From a virus (lineage: Duplodnaviria > Caudoviricetes): a DNA stretch of 36,178 nt. The number at the start of each line of letters is the position of its first letter. Positions within the stretch are counted from its first letter, which is position 1. Location: positions 1 to 36,178 of IMG/VR virus record IMGVR_UViG_3300036794_000132; one strand, 5' to 3'. Positions 8,061 to 16,851 of the stretch are shown here, piece by piece. A program made the translations under genes and the position numbers. The notes beneath the pieces were generated by a model. The model did no database searches. It saw nothing but the letters and a program-made list of their open reading frames with translations, and had not been told where the DNA came from.

Positions 8061-11000
8061 TTAAAAACTACTATCAAGCCTCATATTTGTGTTTTGCATT
8101 TCAGTAATACCTTCAACAATTGCTCTAAAATCTTTATTCAACATTTGTAATGTAAGATCTAGATTAAGATTCAAACCACGACCATCAATCGAATCGCTAG
8201 CAAATGAAGAAGGACTAACCATACTTGCTTGGGCAAGACTTTCACTTGCTTTACCCACCAATTTTGTACTGTCTTCCATACCTATAGCAAGTCCTTCTCC
8301 TACAAAGTTACCTATAGCTTGCATCACTCGTGATGGTGAGTGAATATCTAATGCTTTGCGCATCGTATTAGCAACATCATTTGCGATACTGTTTGCAGTA
8401 TTCATAACACTGCCACGTGCTGATACAAGACCATTATTAAGTCCTATCATGGCATTATAACCAATGTTCTCGAATTGATTTGGTAAACTATCCAAACTAT
8501 TTACAAGAGCAGTTGCTAGACTAGTCATTGAACTTTCTGCTTTATTTTGGTTATTTTGAATACCTTGAACAAGACCAGCGATTGTAAATCCACCATTTTC
8601 AATCATTACTCGAGAAGGAGAATGAATACCTAAAGCGTGTTTATAACTTTGGTCCAATTTATTTGCAGAGTTTTTAGCTGCTTCTTCGACTTCATTTACA
8701 TTTACACCAAGCCCTTTTGCAATTCCTGCATTTACATCTTTACCGAGTTGTTGTAATTCACTGCCCTCAAATTGACCTTTCAGTGATTGCATAGACTTCT
8801 TACCGGTTTTTTCAAACTCAGCTACAATAGGCTCGCTTCCATCACCAGCCATTTTTGCCATTCCACTTGTAGTCGCAGCCATGCCATCTTCCATTGTCGC
8901 CTTAAGATCATCGATTTTCTTTTGACCCTCTGGCGATAAATTCCCAAGACCATCAGAAGTTTCTCTAACAAGCCTTTCAGCTTGTTCTGCTCCGGCAGGG
9001 CCCATTTTTTCAAGCTGAGCAATTATCCCTTGATCCACGCCGCGCTCTGATAAGATTTTTACATTTTCAGACCACTTACTCATGGCCTCCTCATTCTTTT
9101 TGAGGTTCTCAATCATCTTATCCAAACTGATAGTTTGTTTCTGTTCAACTTGATCAAACACGTTGGTTGTTGTTTCCAATAATGAGTTATATTGAGTTTG
9201 CATGCTATCAAAGGAAGCTTTTTGAGCATCACTCAATTCTTGATAATCAACCTTACCTTGGTTGACCATTTCATTGCGTGTTTGTTTTAGTTGTTCTAAC
9301 CTAGCTTTTTCAGCCTCATCTATCGCCGCTTTGGCTTCTGACAACTGTTTATCTATTTCAACGCTATTTTCTTTTGCTGTACTATAAGCTTCCTCTGCAT
9401 TTTTTGCGTTTTTCAAGTCAGAAAAGTTAGCGAGCAACCAATTAGAAGTTTTTTCCCTCGCACTATTCATCACATCTTCTGCTTCTTTTTCCGCTTTTGT
9501 GGTTTCAACCTTTTGTTTTTGTAATTCAAGAAGGTTCTCTTCTGCACTCGCTCCAGCTTGTATTTTCGCTTGTAAATCCAGTCGCTTTTGAGCCTGTTCA
9601 TTACTTAAGTTTAAGCTATTTGTTTCTTCATCATAGGCTAAACTTAACCCATCAACTTGGCCATTAAGCTGTTCTATTTTCTGTGAAAGCAACTCTTTCT
9701 GTTCAGCTGTTTTATACTCCTCCGCAGAAAGCTTATAAATTTCATCTTTTAGCTTAGTAGTATTATCAGCCTGTTTTTTTAATTTTATTGCGTTGTCATC
9801 TTGAGATTTAGCTGATTGCTCAAGTGATGCTTTTATTTCTTTTTGTCCTTCTGCAAGAGCCTTGGTTTCAGCTGTGTTTTGTTTATAATTTTTTGTCAGT
9901 ACAAAAGCTGCTGCAGATACTACCGCAAGTGCAATACCAACTGGCCCGAGAGCTGCAAGCAGACCTTTAGTCGCAGTACTGGCAACAGTTGTTGCTTTAG
10001 AGAAAAGCAACTGCGTAGCAGTCGTCGCCTTAATTTTTCCAGTCAATGCACCAAATAATATAGAAGAAACTTTTACTGACGCATTCCCTCCTACAACTGC
10101 TATTTGATATGCTTTTGTTGCTCCTGTACCCATTTTCATTGCTGCTTCATAGTTCTTGAAAATAGTAGTTGATGCTTTAACAGAAGTATTCAATGCATTA
10201 ATCATCGGTGTTACTGTTTGTACTATCTTAAAATACAAAAAAGCAGCACCAGCAGCAACTAGGACAGGAGTCAAAGTATTCACAACCGGAGTAAGCTGAC
10301 TAGTCACTTTCATAAAACCAACTATATAAGGTGTTGAGCTATCAATAGACTTATTAATAAAAGTAAACGAATCATTGATTTTCACTTTCAGAACATCAAA
10401 AATACCTGCAATACCGTCTGCGTTAATTCCGGTGTTTCTCACCAAATTATCAAGAGTTTTAATAATATTGGCAACACCTTTTGAAACTGCATTTGACATA
10501 TTAGAGAATGATGTAGCTATCCCCTGTGTATTAGTCTTCGCTAATTCCCCAAGTTCATTGCTCATTCCAACTAATGCGCCATTAAAACTATCAATACTAA
10601 TTTCACCACTTTGCAGTGCCTTATATAAATCAGTAGTACTAGCTTCAGCACCTAGCATTTCTTTAGCAACCTTGTCAAGACCAATTCCCATTGTATCTTG
10701 CAAGCTCATCCAAGTATCCATGTCAACTTTACCTGAACGGAGCATTTTTAGATATGCCTCAGTCCCGCGAGCAGCTTTGTCACCACTTGAACCACTTGCT
10801 AGCAAGGCATTGTTTAATGCGATTGTACTCTCAGATGCCTTATCCGCATCTCGAAATACCAAGAACATTTGTTGGGAAGTTGCTGCTACATCATCAAGCT
10901 TAGTCGGCAAACCATCGATACCATCTGATAGAATTTGAATACCTCTATCAGAATCTTCCGCACTCGCTCCTAAAGATTCCAGTACTTTTGGATATTGGTT

Positions 11001-11231
11001 CAAGGTATCAAATCGAGAAACTGCAGCACCTACTGAACCAGTCACTGCATTCATACCAACTTCTAAAAGCTTAAATACACCAACACCTTTGGCAATATCC
11101 ATGATACTGGTATTAGATTTCTGTACTCCGTTATCTAAATCGTCGGAAGCCCCAGCAGCATCTTTCATTGTGCTAGAAAAGTTCTTATCTACGGCGGAAA
11201 GGACAGCCTGTATACTATATGATTCAGCCAT
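8061..11231 (-). CDS. Tape measure protein
   Basis: 1056 aa, MAESYSIQAVLSAVD start, AVSRFDTL tape-measure domain, two IHSPSRVM motifs. Confidence 0.95.
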   Translation of the reverse strand: MAESYSIQAVLSAVDKNFSSTMKDAAGASDDLDNGVQKSNTSIMDIAKGVGVFKLLEVGMNAVTGSVGAAVSRFDTLNQYPKVLESLGASAEDSDRGIQILSDGIDGLPTKLDDVAATSQQMFLVFRDADKASESTIALNNALLASGSSGDKAARGTEAYLKMLRSGKVDMDTWMSLQDTMGIGLDKVAKEMLGAEASTTDLYKALQSGEISIDSFNGALVGMSNELGELAKTNTQGIATSFSNMSNAVSKGVANIIKTLDNLVRNTGINADGIAGIFDVLKVKINDSFTFINKSIDSSTPYIVGFMKVTSQLTPVVNTLTPVLVAAGAAFLYFKIVQTVTPMINALNTSVKASTTIFKNYEAAMKMGTGATKAYQIAVVGGNASVKVSSILFGALTGKIKATTATQLLFSKATTVASTATKGLLAALGPVGIALAVVSAAAFVLTKNYKQNTAETKALAEGQKEIKASLEQSAKSQDDNAIKLKKQADNTTKLKDEIYKLSAEEYKTAEQKELLSQKIEQLNGQVDGLSLAYDEETNSLNLSNEQAQKRLDLQAKIQAGASAEENLLELQKQKVETTKAEKEAEDVMNSAREKTSNWLLANFSDLKNAKNAEEAYSTAKENSVEIDKQLSEAKAAIDEAEKARLEQLKQTRNEMVNQGKVDYQELSDAQKASFDSMQTQYNSLLETTTNVFDQVEQKQTISLDKMIENLKKNEEAMSKWSENVKILSERGVDQGIIAQLEKMGPAGAEQAERLVRETSDGLGNLSPEGQKKIDDLKATMEDGMAATTSGMAKMAGDGSEPIVAEFEKTGKKSMQSLKGQFEGSELQQLGKDVNAGIAKGLGVNVNEVEEAAKNSANKLDQSYKHALGIHSPSRVMIENGGFTIAGLVQGIQNNQNKAESSMTSLATALVNSLDSLPNQFENIGYNAMIGLNNGLVSARGSVMNTANSIANDVANTMRKALDIHSPSRVMQAIGNFVGEGLAIGMEDSTKLVGKASESLAQASMVSPSSFASDSIDGRGLNLNLDLTLQMLNKDFRAIVEGITEMQNTNMRLDSSF

Positions 11232-11244
11232 TTTTCTCCTTTCA

Positions 11245-11601
11245 TTATGTCTTAGCTAACATTTTGTAGATGTCTATTTCATTTTCTGGTACGTCCAAAG
11301 CCTTGCTTGATATTCCTGTTTCGATTAGTTTTCTATCAAAGAATTCCTCAAAGTTTTTAAACTCTGGAACAACTTTGCCACCGACTTCCTTGGTGTTTTT
11401 CACTAATTGATTTTTAAAGGCAAGCAAATGTAAGTTTTCTAACTCATCAATACGTCGAAGTTTTATTCCTTCCATAATCAAGCTATATTGGACAATGGTC
11501 ATGCGATCAATCACAGAAAAATCTGTAATATTCGCATACCTCACCAGTCGAACAACCACATCTTCGTATGTGATTACTTCAGATTGAGCTGTTCCTTCCA
11601 C
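11245..11601 (-). CDS. Tail assembly chaperone, frameshift extension (gpT-like)
   Basis: Overlaps the upstream chaperone in the -1 frame, after A AAA AAG. Confidence 0.8.
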   Translation of the reverse strand: MEGTAQSEVITYEDVVVRLVRYANITDFSVIDRMTIVQYSLIMEGIKLRRIDELENLHLLAFKNQLVKNTKEVGGKVVPEFKNFEEFFDRKLIETGISSKALDVPENEIDIYKMLAKT

Positions 11602-11924
11602 TGCTTTACTTTCTTTTTTGACACATTGGCTTCTGAAAGCTCAGCCATAACCTGATCAAATAACTCATCAAGATTCTCATATTTCTCTACAAATGCATCA
11701 ACCTGATTGCCACTTGGACGGCCTTTTTTAATATGAGCTGTACCATGATAGATAATTTCCGAAAGAGCAACTACACTCCCAGACAGTACTTCAGGGATCA
11801 CAGTATCAAGACCCGCACCAAATGTAAGTCCATTCCCTTGAACCTTATGAAGAATATCTAATTCTCGGTTGAATGCAAGACCAAATACAATCTCAATATC
11901 TTTATCATTAATTTTTAGTTCCAT
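11574..11924 (-). CDS. Tail assembly chaperone (gpG-like)
   Basis: MELKINDK...FGLAFNRELD, located between major tail protein and TMP. Confidence 0.85.
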   Translation of the reverse strand: MELKINDKDIEIVFGLAFNRELDILHKVQGNGLTFGAGLDTVIPEVLSGSVVALSEIIYHGTAHIKKGRPSGNQVDAFVEKYENLDELFDQVMAELSEANVSKKKVKQWKEQLNLK

Positions 11925-11938
11925 GATTTTTTCTCCTT

Positions 11939-11968
11939 AAAAAAATAAAGAGCGGTTCTTTCCGCTCT
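11939..11968 (-). terminator. Terminator/attenuator after the major tail gene
   Basis: AGAGCGG/CCGCTCT stem plus U-rich tail on the minus strand. Confidence 0.7.
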
Positions 11969-11979
11969 CTAAATATCTT

Positions 11980-12546
11980 TTATTTTTTTGCAGTTTTTGC
12001 ACTCGCTGCATCAGCTTGGGTTTCTGGGATATATTTTCCTGTGTCACGGAAGGCATACTGAATAACTTCAGATTGATCTTCTGTAACTGTAGCCATTCCT
12101 TTAGCGCCTGTTCCATTGATTGCTAACCCAATAGAAAGCTCTGTCAAATCTTCTGCACCAAATGTTGAATCGGTTGAAGTAATATATCCTTGGTAGTAAG
12201 TCGCAGGGTACTTCTTGGTTTCCGCTGCCTTTGAAAGACCTTTCTCATCTTCATTTTCAGTCTTGGTAATTTCCCAAATTTCATATAGTGATCCATCAAT
12301 AACTGCTTCTTCAAGCTCATCTTGCAATGTATCCCCTTGCGCAAGAATAGATGTTACTGAAAGCTCAACTGTCGGTACCCCTGGTACATTAACATTGCCA
12401 TCTTTAGTAACTGTATTGCTTGAATCAGCCGCAACATTACGACCGTGCTCTGTTTGGAATGCCAAACGTTTAGCTTCTGTATTTTCCGCTTCTGATAGTT
12501 TACGGAACAATAGGAATACGTTAATACCTTTAATTGCTGTTGCCAT
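11980..12546 (-). CDS. Major tail protein, TP901-1 family
   Basis: AKRLAFQTEH, TKDG, ATYYQGY, INGTGAKG, QYAFRDT motifs. Confidence 0.92.
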   Translation of the reverse strand: MATAIKGINVFLLFRKLSEAENTEAKRLAFQTEHGRNVAADSSNTVTKDGNVNVPGVPTVELSVTSILAQGDTLQDELEEAVIDGSLYEIWEITKTENEDEKGLSKAAETKKYPATYYQGYITSTDSTFGAEDLTELSIGLAINGTGAKGMATVTEDQSEVIQYAFRDTGKYIPETQADAASAKTAKK

Positions 12547-12556
12547 GTTTTCTCCT

Positions 12557-12916
12557 TTATTTCATATAAATTGGCACGACTAAAACGCCATGTAAAAGGA
12601 CGTCTTTTGTAGTTGTGTCTGTGATTGTTCTGTCATCAATATCCCCTTCTTTAACAGAAAAATTCTGTATCAAGGTAGTAATGACTTCTGATTTTATTGT
12701 TGAAAATTCTTTTCTTTTTTTAGCTAATCCCCATACATCAACACTCAATAGAACAGTTCCAATACTCCCGCTCTTTGTCGGAATTCTGTCAATTTGAGCA
12801 TTTGATACTTCAACAAATGGATAGCCTACATCGTTCATTTGCTTATAAGGATAAATTTTATATCCTAGCTCTTGGAGTAGTCCATAAGCTTTATCATAAA
12901 TATCCTGTTCGTTCAT
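12557..12916 (-). CDS. Tail terminator protein
   Basis: YPFV, VDVWG, LLHG motifs and position. Confidence 0.8.
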   Translation of the reverse strand: MNEQDIYDKAYGLLQELGYKIYPYKQMNDVGYPFVEVSNAQIDRIPTKSGSIGTVLLSVDVWGLAKKRKEFSTIKSEVITTLIQNFSVKEGDIDDRTITDTTTKDVLLHGVLVVPIYMK

Positions 12917-13251
12917 TTTACTATCCGATCCAAGTCCTTTTTGAACTGTTTAGATTGCTTCCTAAATGCTGGACCAAGATAGGGCTGTGCGGCAGCAAAT
13001 CGAGTGCCGAATTCTACATACCCTTCATAGTCAGTGTTTGGTTCAACAATCCCTGTCATTCCCCCATCTTCGATATGCATATTAATTGAACGTTCAAGTG
13101 TGCTCGTATCAACGGGTGCTTCATACTGTGCCTCACGAGTCAGCTCCGCTGTATTCATCCGGATTACGCTTTTTAAATCACTCAATGAAGTGTTTTCACG
13201 TAGTTTTTTATTAAGTACCTTAGTACCAGTAATCGTAAATCCTCTCCCCAT
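12913..13251 (-). CDS. HK97 gp10-family neck/tail completion protein
   Basis: APVDTSTLERSI, YVEFGTR, AQPYLGPA. Confidence 0.9.
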   Translation of the reverse strand: MGRGFTITGTKVLNKKLRENTSLSDLKSVIRMNTAELTREAQYEAPVDTSTLERSINMHIEDGGMTGIVEPNTDYEGYVEFGTRFAAAQPYLGPAFRKQSKQFKKDLDRIVK

Positions 13252-13252
13252 A

Positions 13253-13552
13253 TTATGAGACCTCCTCCAAAATATAGGTTGCTTTGTTTCTCAACATGCG
13301 CTTCATAGAAACTTTATACTTAACATCTCCACAATGAGCATGGGTAGGACTAAAAGAAACCTTTCTAAGCAGTCGAGCCACTTTGGAGCCTTGTCGCACC
13401 TCCCCAAAAGCTACAAGCATTACTTTTTCTGAAGCATCAGTCAAATTCGCTTTTACCTTTTCTGAGTGCAGCTCTTTAGAAGGTGATTCTCCTAAAATAG
13501 GAGCATACTCTTCTTTTTCTTCTGTAAATTTCAAGACTTTGTCATACCTCAT
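13253..13552 (-). CDS. Head closure (stopper) protein
   Basis: MRYDK start coupled by ATGA overlap to the upstream gene. Position in neck module. Confidence 0.7.
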   Translation of the reverse strand: MRYDKVLKFTEEKEEYAPILGESPSKELHSEKVKANLTDASEKVMLVAFGEVRQGSKVARLLRKVSFSPTHAHCGDVKYKVSMKRMLRNKATYILEEVS

Positions 13553-13884
13553 TGCATGGACCACACTCCGTTCTTTTTCGCCTCACTGTTCTCTTCATTC
13601 CAGTTTGCAATATCTTCTTCAAACTCATCAAAAATAGAAGAGAGAGTTAAGCTCTCGCCCTCTTGTGAGCGTGAGGAATATCCTTCGTCTCCGAGCTGAT
13701 TATATCGTTTCACACAAACTTCCAAAAGAATGTAGGTCAATTCGCTTGGCACACTCGTTTGCCCCTTTATGAGCTTACCCACAAGGCGCTGAGTCATAGT
13801 AGAAATGATTGTATCAATCTTCTCTTTTTCTAACTCCAAGTCAGCCTCTGTTAAAGCCACTAATTGAGTTTTAATATCAGCCAT
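13549..13884 (-). CDS. Head-tail connector (SPP1 gp15-like adaptor)
   Basis: VPSELTYILLEVCVKRYNQLGDEGYSSRSQEG. Confidence 0.88.
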   Translation of the reverse strand: MADIKTQLVALTEADLELEKEKIDTIISTMTQRLVGKLIKGQTSVPSELTYILLEVCVKRYNQLGDEGYSSRSQEGESLTLSSIFDEFEEDIANWNEENSEAKKNGVWSMQ

Positions 13885-13892
13885 GTCTACTC

Positions 13893-14138
13893 CTACTCTG
13901 CTGCAGTTACTGTGATTTTACATTCAACAGTCAAGCCATTTAATGTTGTTCCGATAATAGTTGTGTTCCCTTCTGCTAGAGCTTCAACTTTACCTTGTTT
14001 AGGTGTCACTTTTGCGATAGATTCATCACTTGATGTGAAAGTAACAGTTTTATCTTCTGCTTCTTCCGGAATAACTGTAGCAATGAGTGTTTCTGTATCC
14101 CCAACTTTTAAATCTAACGTTGTTTTATTCAACGTCAC
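13893..14138 (-). CDS. Ig-like (Big_2) domain, probably a -1 frameshift extension of the capsid protein
   Basis: VTLNKTTLDLKVG...FTSSDESIAKV. No RBS. In the -1 frame from A AAA AAA at the capsid gene end. Confidence 0.85.
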   Translation of the reverse strand: MTLNKTTLDLKVGDTETLIATVIPEEAEDKTVTFTSSDESIAKVTPKQGKVEALAEGNTTIIGTTLNGLTVECKITVTAAE

Positions 14139-14149
14139 ATCCGTTGGGG

Positions 14150-15016
14150 CTAGGCTTTTTTTGTTGAAGCCTTTAGGATCGCTTTTTTATTTTTTTCTGG
14201 AAGGTATTTACCATATTTTGCTGCTGCTTGCAGTGCTGTTCCTGCAAAATCTTCTGAGTCCATTGCACGGGCTACTTGAATACCCACTCCTGCAACACCA
14301 ACATTATCAGCTACAAAGTAAGCAACTTCATCTTCTTGGAATTTTTCATCTGGAAGCTCTACAAGGATGAAACCTTTAAACTTATAAAGCGTTTGTTCAT
14401 CAACATTTGCACTTGAATTTTTAGCAGTTGTCGCAAGTTTCGAGTCAATAAGCAGATCAAAAACATCGGCATTGACATAAGCAACCCAAGCCACAGCATT
14501 TGAAACATTGTTGTTCACAAATTTCTTGTGGGCATTAGAAAAGAGTTTAGTAACTGAATCTTCATCAAGAGTGACTTCCATATTGTCACTAGCATTCTCA
14601 GAAATAACTTTTCCAAGCATTGCATCGACATATTGTGCCCATGCCACACCGTGTAGCGCTAAACGTTCTGCAACAACCTGATCTTTGATATCATTTACTG
14701 TGAAGTCATCAATACCTTCATTGATTGCCAACGGTTTATCATACCCCACAGTTTTGTTGACAGATTTAACTTCTTTACGTTCTCCGAAACGTGACGTTTT
14801 CCCAGTTCCTTCGCCAAAACCTGTATTTTCATCGGTTGAATACTCTTGGATAACCACATCGGTATCGCTCGTTTTCAATTCCAAGAAAGTATCACTTTGA
14901 GAGATACCATCTTTTACTTGCAACGCACCACCAAAGGCACGAAGGAAAGCTGTTTTCTTTGCAAAAAGGTCTGGCAGCATACCTGTAAATTGTTTAGTAA
15001 AAATTTTAATTGACAT
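14150..15016 (-). CDS. Major capsid protein
   Basis: 288 aa after the scaffold gene. SRFGERKEV, EGIDDFTVND motifs. Confidence 0.88.
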   Translation of the reverse strand: MSIKIFTKQFTGMLPDLFAKKTAFLRAFGGALQVKDGISQSDTFLELKTSDTDVVIQEYSTDENTGFGEGTGKTSRFGERKEVKSVNKTVGYDKPLAINEGIDDFTVNDIKDQVVAERLALHGVAWAQYVDAMLGKVISENASDNMEVTLDEDSVTKLFSNAHKKFVNNNVSNAVAWVAYVNADVFDLLIDSKLATTAKNSSANVDEQTLYKFKGFILVELPDEKFQEDEVAYFVADNVGVAGVGIQVARAMDSEDFAGTALQAAAKYGKYLPEKNKKAILKASTKKA

Positions 15017-15034
15017 AATTGTTTCTCCTATTTT

Positions 15035-15643
15035 TTAATATTTTTCGATTGCTTGTTTAAAAGCATCTACTTCTTTTTGTTGTGGCACCTTTTTAGGTGT
15101 TACTCCAGTGTTTCGTTCTTTTTCCCACTGGACACGTTGATTTTCAAGTAAGCCCAAAAGCGTTTTAATATTACTGAAGGTCTTTTCTTCATCAACATCA
15201 ACCAATAAAGCTAGCTCTTCAGCTTTAAGAGCAATCCCGCTTTCTTTTAATACTTCGTCAGCTTCACTAGTAATATTAGAAAGTTTGATTTGTGCTTTTA
15301 AGGCAGCAATTTCGTCATCTTTTTCTTTTTGGATATCTGCGGCTTTTTCTTCGTCAGATTTTTCTTTAATCGACTTCTTGCCACCTTTTTCCAATTCTTC
15401 AATACGTGCTAAGGCTTGATCAAGCTGCGTTTTCGTTTCATTCTTGTCAGCTTGTTCTTTGCCGATACGCTTTTGAAGTTTTTCAATGACTTTTTCTGGG
15501 TCTACTGAATTGGTTTCTTGACCTTGGTCATCACTTTCTGTCACATTTTCGTTTTGATTGTTTTCTGTTTCAGACGTCTCATCAACATCAACCTCATCAG
15601 CGAAAAGTTGTAAATCAAGTGGTAAAAGTGTTTTTTGTTCCAT
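15035..15643 (-). CDS. Capsid scaffolding protein (DUF4355-like)
   Basis: LDLQLFA N-terminal motif, acidic coiled coil. Confidence 0.88.
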   Translation of the reverse strand: MEQKTLLPLDLQLFADEVDVDETSETENNQNENVTESDDQGQETNSVDPEKVIEKLQKRIGKEQADKNETKTQLDQALARIEELEKGGKKSIKEKSDEEKAADIQKEKDDEIAALKAQIKLSNITSEADEVLKESGIALKAEELALLVDVDEEKTFSNIKTLLGLLENQRVQWEKERNTGVTPKKVPQQKEVDAFKQAIEKY

Positions 15644-15742
15644 TTCTGGTTCCTCCTACTCGCATTTAAAGACTTGGGAGTCTGATTTTACTCGTGTTTT
15701 ATTTAACGTCCACTACAATCGGAAAAGGACATAAGAAAAAGT

Positions 15743-15919
15743 CTAATTCTTACTAGACTCTGTTTTAACTTTTATATATTTACATGAATTATTTTTGAAC
15801 TCATTCTCAATAAAGGTTTCTACATGCTTATTCTTGAAAATAATCAAAAAATAAAGTTTAAGTTTTAATATAAAAAATTTAACTTTTCTAGTTTTAATAT
15901 GCAATGTAATTTCGTTCAT
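15743..15919 (-). CDS. 58-aa AT-rich hypothetical protein (not in ORF track)
   Basis: ATGA-coupled to the minor capsid stop. MNEITLHIKTRKVKFFILKLKLYFLIIF...ESSKN*. Confidence 0.55.
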   Translation of the reverse strand: MNEITLHIKTRKVKFFILKLKLYFLIIFKNKHVETFIENEFKNNSCKYIKVKTESSKN

Positions 15920-16851
15920 AGTCCCTTGCCTTTCAAATACTCTTCAAATTCTTCACGGTCAAAATAAGGCGCTGTGCTGCACCTACAATTAGGATGTATT
16001 GGTGCTGTATTCACTCCAACTTCAAAATCACTTAATTTGATTGGATCGGTAGAAACTGATTTACAAATAGGGCAAGCATCTAACTCTCTGATAAAAACAA
16101 ATTTATTTATACCAGAGTCCTTATAAGACTTTCTTTGCACCTCTGTCTGCACTCTGGCAAGCTCTGTGCGAGCTAATCTTTGAGCTTGGTTGACAGTTAC
16201 ATCAAAGAGCTTTTTCAACTCCTGAGCTATCTTTGAGGGGTGCTTGCCCTGTATCATTGCTCGGAATAGTAACTTCTCTAATTCCGCCTGCAAATCTTTT
16301 TGAATTAATCCCCAAATACGGTCACTAAATGTTGCGTTTTTGTACGAGCCATTAACCACAGCTTCGGACCCTCTTTTAATTTGTCTGAAGTTAGAACCTA
16401 ATATTCCAGCTTGCCTTTTTATTTCAGCTAATGCTTCATCGGATAAGTATCGCTTCATCAGTCTTTCAAGCGAATCACTCGAAGCAAGTGTCTCAAGCAT
16501 AATTTCACGTTTCAAAAGCTCTAATCGATTCACTTTCATTTTAAGATTGTATAGTCGCAGCTCATCATTTGCTTTTTTAGAGAAATCTTTGTTTTTTACA
16601 TACTCCTTCGCTTTATTAGAGAACTTCTCCACATCTAAGTCTGAAACCCTTCGTCTAGCCTCAGACATGGTGATGCCTTCTTTATCCGAGTAACGAGTTA
16701 GAAAATCATTTATTTCTTTTTCAATATCTCGCATTGTTCCGGAGTAAAGCACACGAATCTCTTTTTCAAGTTGAGCTTGGGATTTTTTCCTTGAAGAAAT
16801 ATTTTTTTGTTCTCGTTTGATCCAGTAATCAGTCTGCTTCGTCATCGGCAT
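15916..16851 (-). CDS. Minor capsid / head morphogenesis protein (SPP1 gp7, Mu F)
   Basis: FSDRIW, RLARTE, CPIC, PIHPNCRCS. Confidence 0.92.
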   Translation of the reverse strand: MPMTKQTDYWIKREQKNISSRKKSQAQLEKEIRVLYSGTMRDIEKEINDFLTRYSDKEGITMSEARRRVSDLDVEKFSNKAKEYVKNKDFSKKANDELRLYNLKMKVNRLELLKREIMLETLASSDSLERLMKRYLSDEALAEIKRQAGILGSNFRQIKRGSEAVVNGSYKNATFSDRIWGLIQKDLQAELEKLLFRAMIQGKHPSKIAQELKKLFDVTVNQAQRLARTELARVQTEVQRKSYKDSGINKFVFIRELDACPICKSVSTDPIKLSDFEVGVNTAPIHPNCRCSTAPYFDREEFEEYLKGKGL

